Source of the DNA: Fistulifera solaris | Lineage: Eukaryota | DNA: 64,000 nucleotides | Assembly: GCA_030295235.1 (NCBI GenBank) | Contig: AP026130.1 | Coordinates: forward strand, 620,001 to 684,000 | Reading direction: 5' to 3' | In this document: in pieces, positions 62,709 through 64,000 of the stretch | Numbering within the stretch: the stretch's first letter is position 1 | Layout of the letters: each line of letters begins with the position of its first letter | Program-made: the position numbers and the translations under genes | The notes under the pieces: generated by a model | What the model was told of the DNA's origin: nothing | The model's database searches: none | The model's input: only the letters and a program-made list of their open reading frames with translations

Positions 62709-64000
62709 TCAGCGTTTCTTACTTCTTTTCTTCGCTGATTGATGATTGTTTTGCCTGGCATATCCCTTGCTTTCCCCCCTGTTCATGTGCTGCAAGCTAT
62801 ATTGAATACGTTGGAAAGCATCATTCCTGCCCTGTGAAACTGGAGACTGGGCCGGCGTTTTCTTTACTTTCTTTTCTAAGGAAATCATATCAAAGTTAGC
62901 ACCATTCTTACAATCATCGTGTTCGTGTCAGTCGTAGACATACCTTTCCTTGATCCAGCATGGCATCCCAACGGTCAGGAAACATCTTCCTCTTTCTGGA
63001 TGAATCCCTCCGATCAAGTTGTTGCAAAAGGCTGTGGCGATTTTCCTCCACTTGAAGTGCTCTCTTCGAAGACGCACTGACTTCACTGCGTACTGTTTCC
63101 TCGGCACCGTCGTCATCCCAGCCACCAACTGGTTTGTTTCCCAATAATGAGAATTCGGCCTGTTTGTTTCGAATTGTTGTAGCCGGCTTCCAGGCCTTTT
63201 TCTTGGCACGAGGTCCAAGCATCACCTCAACCTTTCCACGACCGGGACCGCGATCCAACACAATTTTTGTTTTCTTCTCCGATTTTGGGAGCTTTTCCGT
63301 GACAGAGGATGCCGTACTTGACTCGACAATGCTATTGGTAGGTGTCACCATAGGGCTAGCAAGCGCTCTCGTCGAATCCAAGCTATTGTTGTTTCTGGAG
63401 TCGTCGTCATCGTTCATCACACTATCTGAACGAGATCCGCTGTCCGACGAATCCGACGAATCATCCGAACCACTAGTGCTATCATCGCTGTCGGTGCTAT
63501 CATCGCTGTCGGTGCTATCTGGAGAAACTTTCACTTTATCATCGTTTCTCCCATTCTTGATTTCTTCAGAGACTGGCTGTGAAGTAGACGACGACGACGA
63601 CGATGATGATGATGATGAAGAGGAAGAGGAAGACGGCGACGAAACGGAGGTTGATGCCGATGACATAGAAGCGTCATCTTCTTTTCTCGCCAGATTTTCG
63701 TTTATTGAATTTTCTTTTTGAATCTGAGGCAAAATGTTTCGGTGTGGCAACTATCGGCTTTGTAATTTGAGGTGACTGCGGAAGTGTTGCTTGCGGAGTT
63801 GACTCGATCATTTCACTGAAACTACCAGAGCGGGTTCTCTCCCGTGCTTTCGCATGCTCGATGGCCTCCTCCGTCGACATCGATTTCATAGAACGCGGCG
63901 GAGGTTTCAAGGGCGGGGTTGGAAATTCAATCTTAACTTCTCTTCTTGAATAGAAGAGAAGGTATGCGCCTTCTGTTTGTTGCAGAACATGACGCTCTGA
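62709..64000 (-). CDS. 3' part of a USP36/USP42-like ubiquitin-specific protease (continues beyond window); intron ~62878-62944; frameshift at ~63682-63685 or slightly upstream in the gene
   Basis: The end of a USP domain (VLQQTEGAYLLFYSR) lies at the window edge, followed by a Ser/Asp low-complexity region. The C-terminal WDAMLDQGK|KRKVK...NDAFQRIQ resembles the USP36 basic tail. Confidence 0.75.
63476..63640. repeat. Coding low-complexity repeats: 18-bp tandem GTGCTATCATCGCTGTCG and a (GAC)n(GAT)n/GAR triplet run
   Basis: Encodes STDSDDSTDSDD and a poly-Ser tract on the minus strand. Confidence 0.8.

Overview
Gene-dense eukaryotic DNA, almost certainly a diatom nuclear chromosome (probably pennate). 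The signs are short GT-AG introns, many bipartite signal+transit peptides with ASAFAP-type motifs, a nuclear cbbX and an LHC-family gene. About 35 protein-coding genes are supported. They include proteasome alpha6, class II DAHP synthase, an RNASEK/V-ATPase subunit f-like protein, tandem IMPases, a plasmepsin-V-like aspartyl protease, CCR4, tandem DGAT2-family genes, IMPDH, MFSD5, Sec23, CbbX and a partial USP36-like gene. About 17 single-base frameshifts, mostly in short homopolymers, break otherwise intact genes and are most likely long-read errors. The most notable observations are: a plasmepsin-V-like protease as a candidate RxL-motif maturase; a signal-peptide-bearing (probably periplastidial) proteasome alpha subunit; predicted-inactive IMPase and Rdx paralogues; a TA-flanked 87-bp MITE-like element; a 23-bp quasi-palindrome found in three upstream copies; and intergenic enrichment of TACTCCGTA. 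I recognised no rRNA, tRNA, CRISPR array or autonomous transposon. All family assignments come from my own motif recognition, not from database searches.
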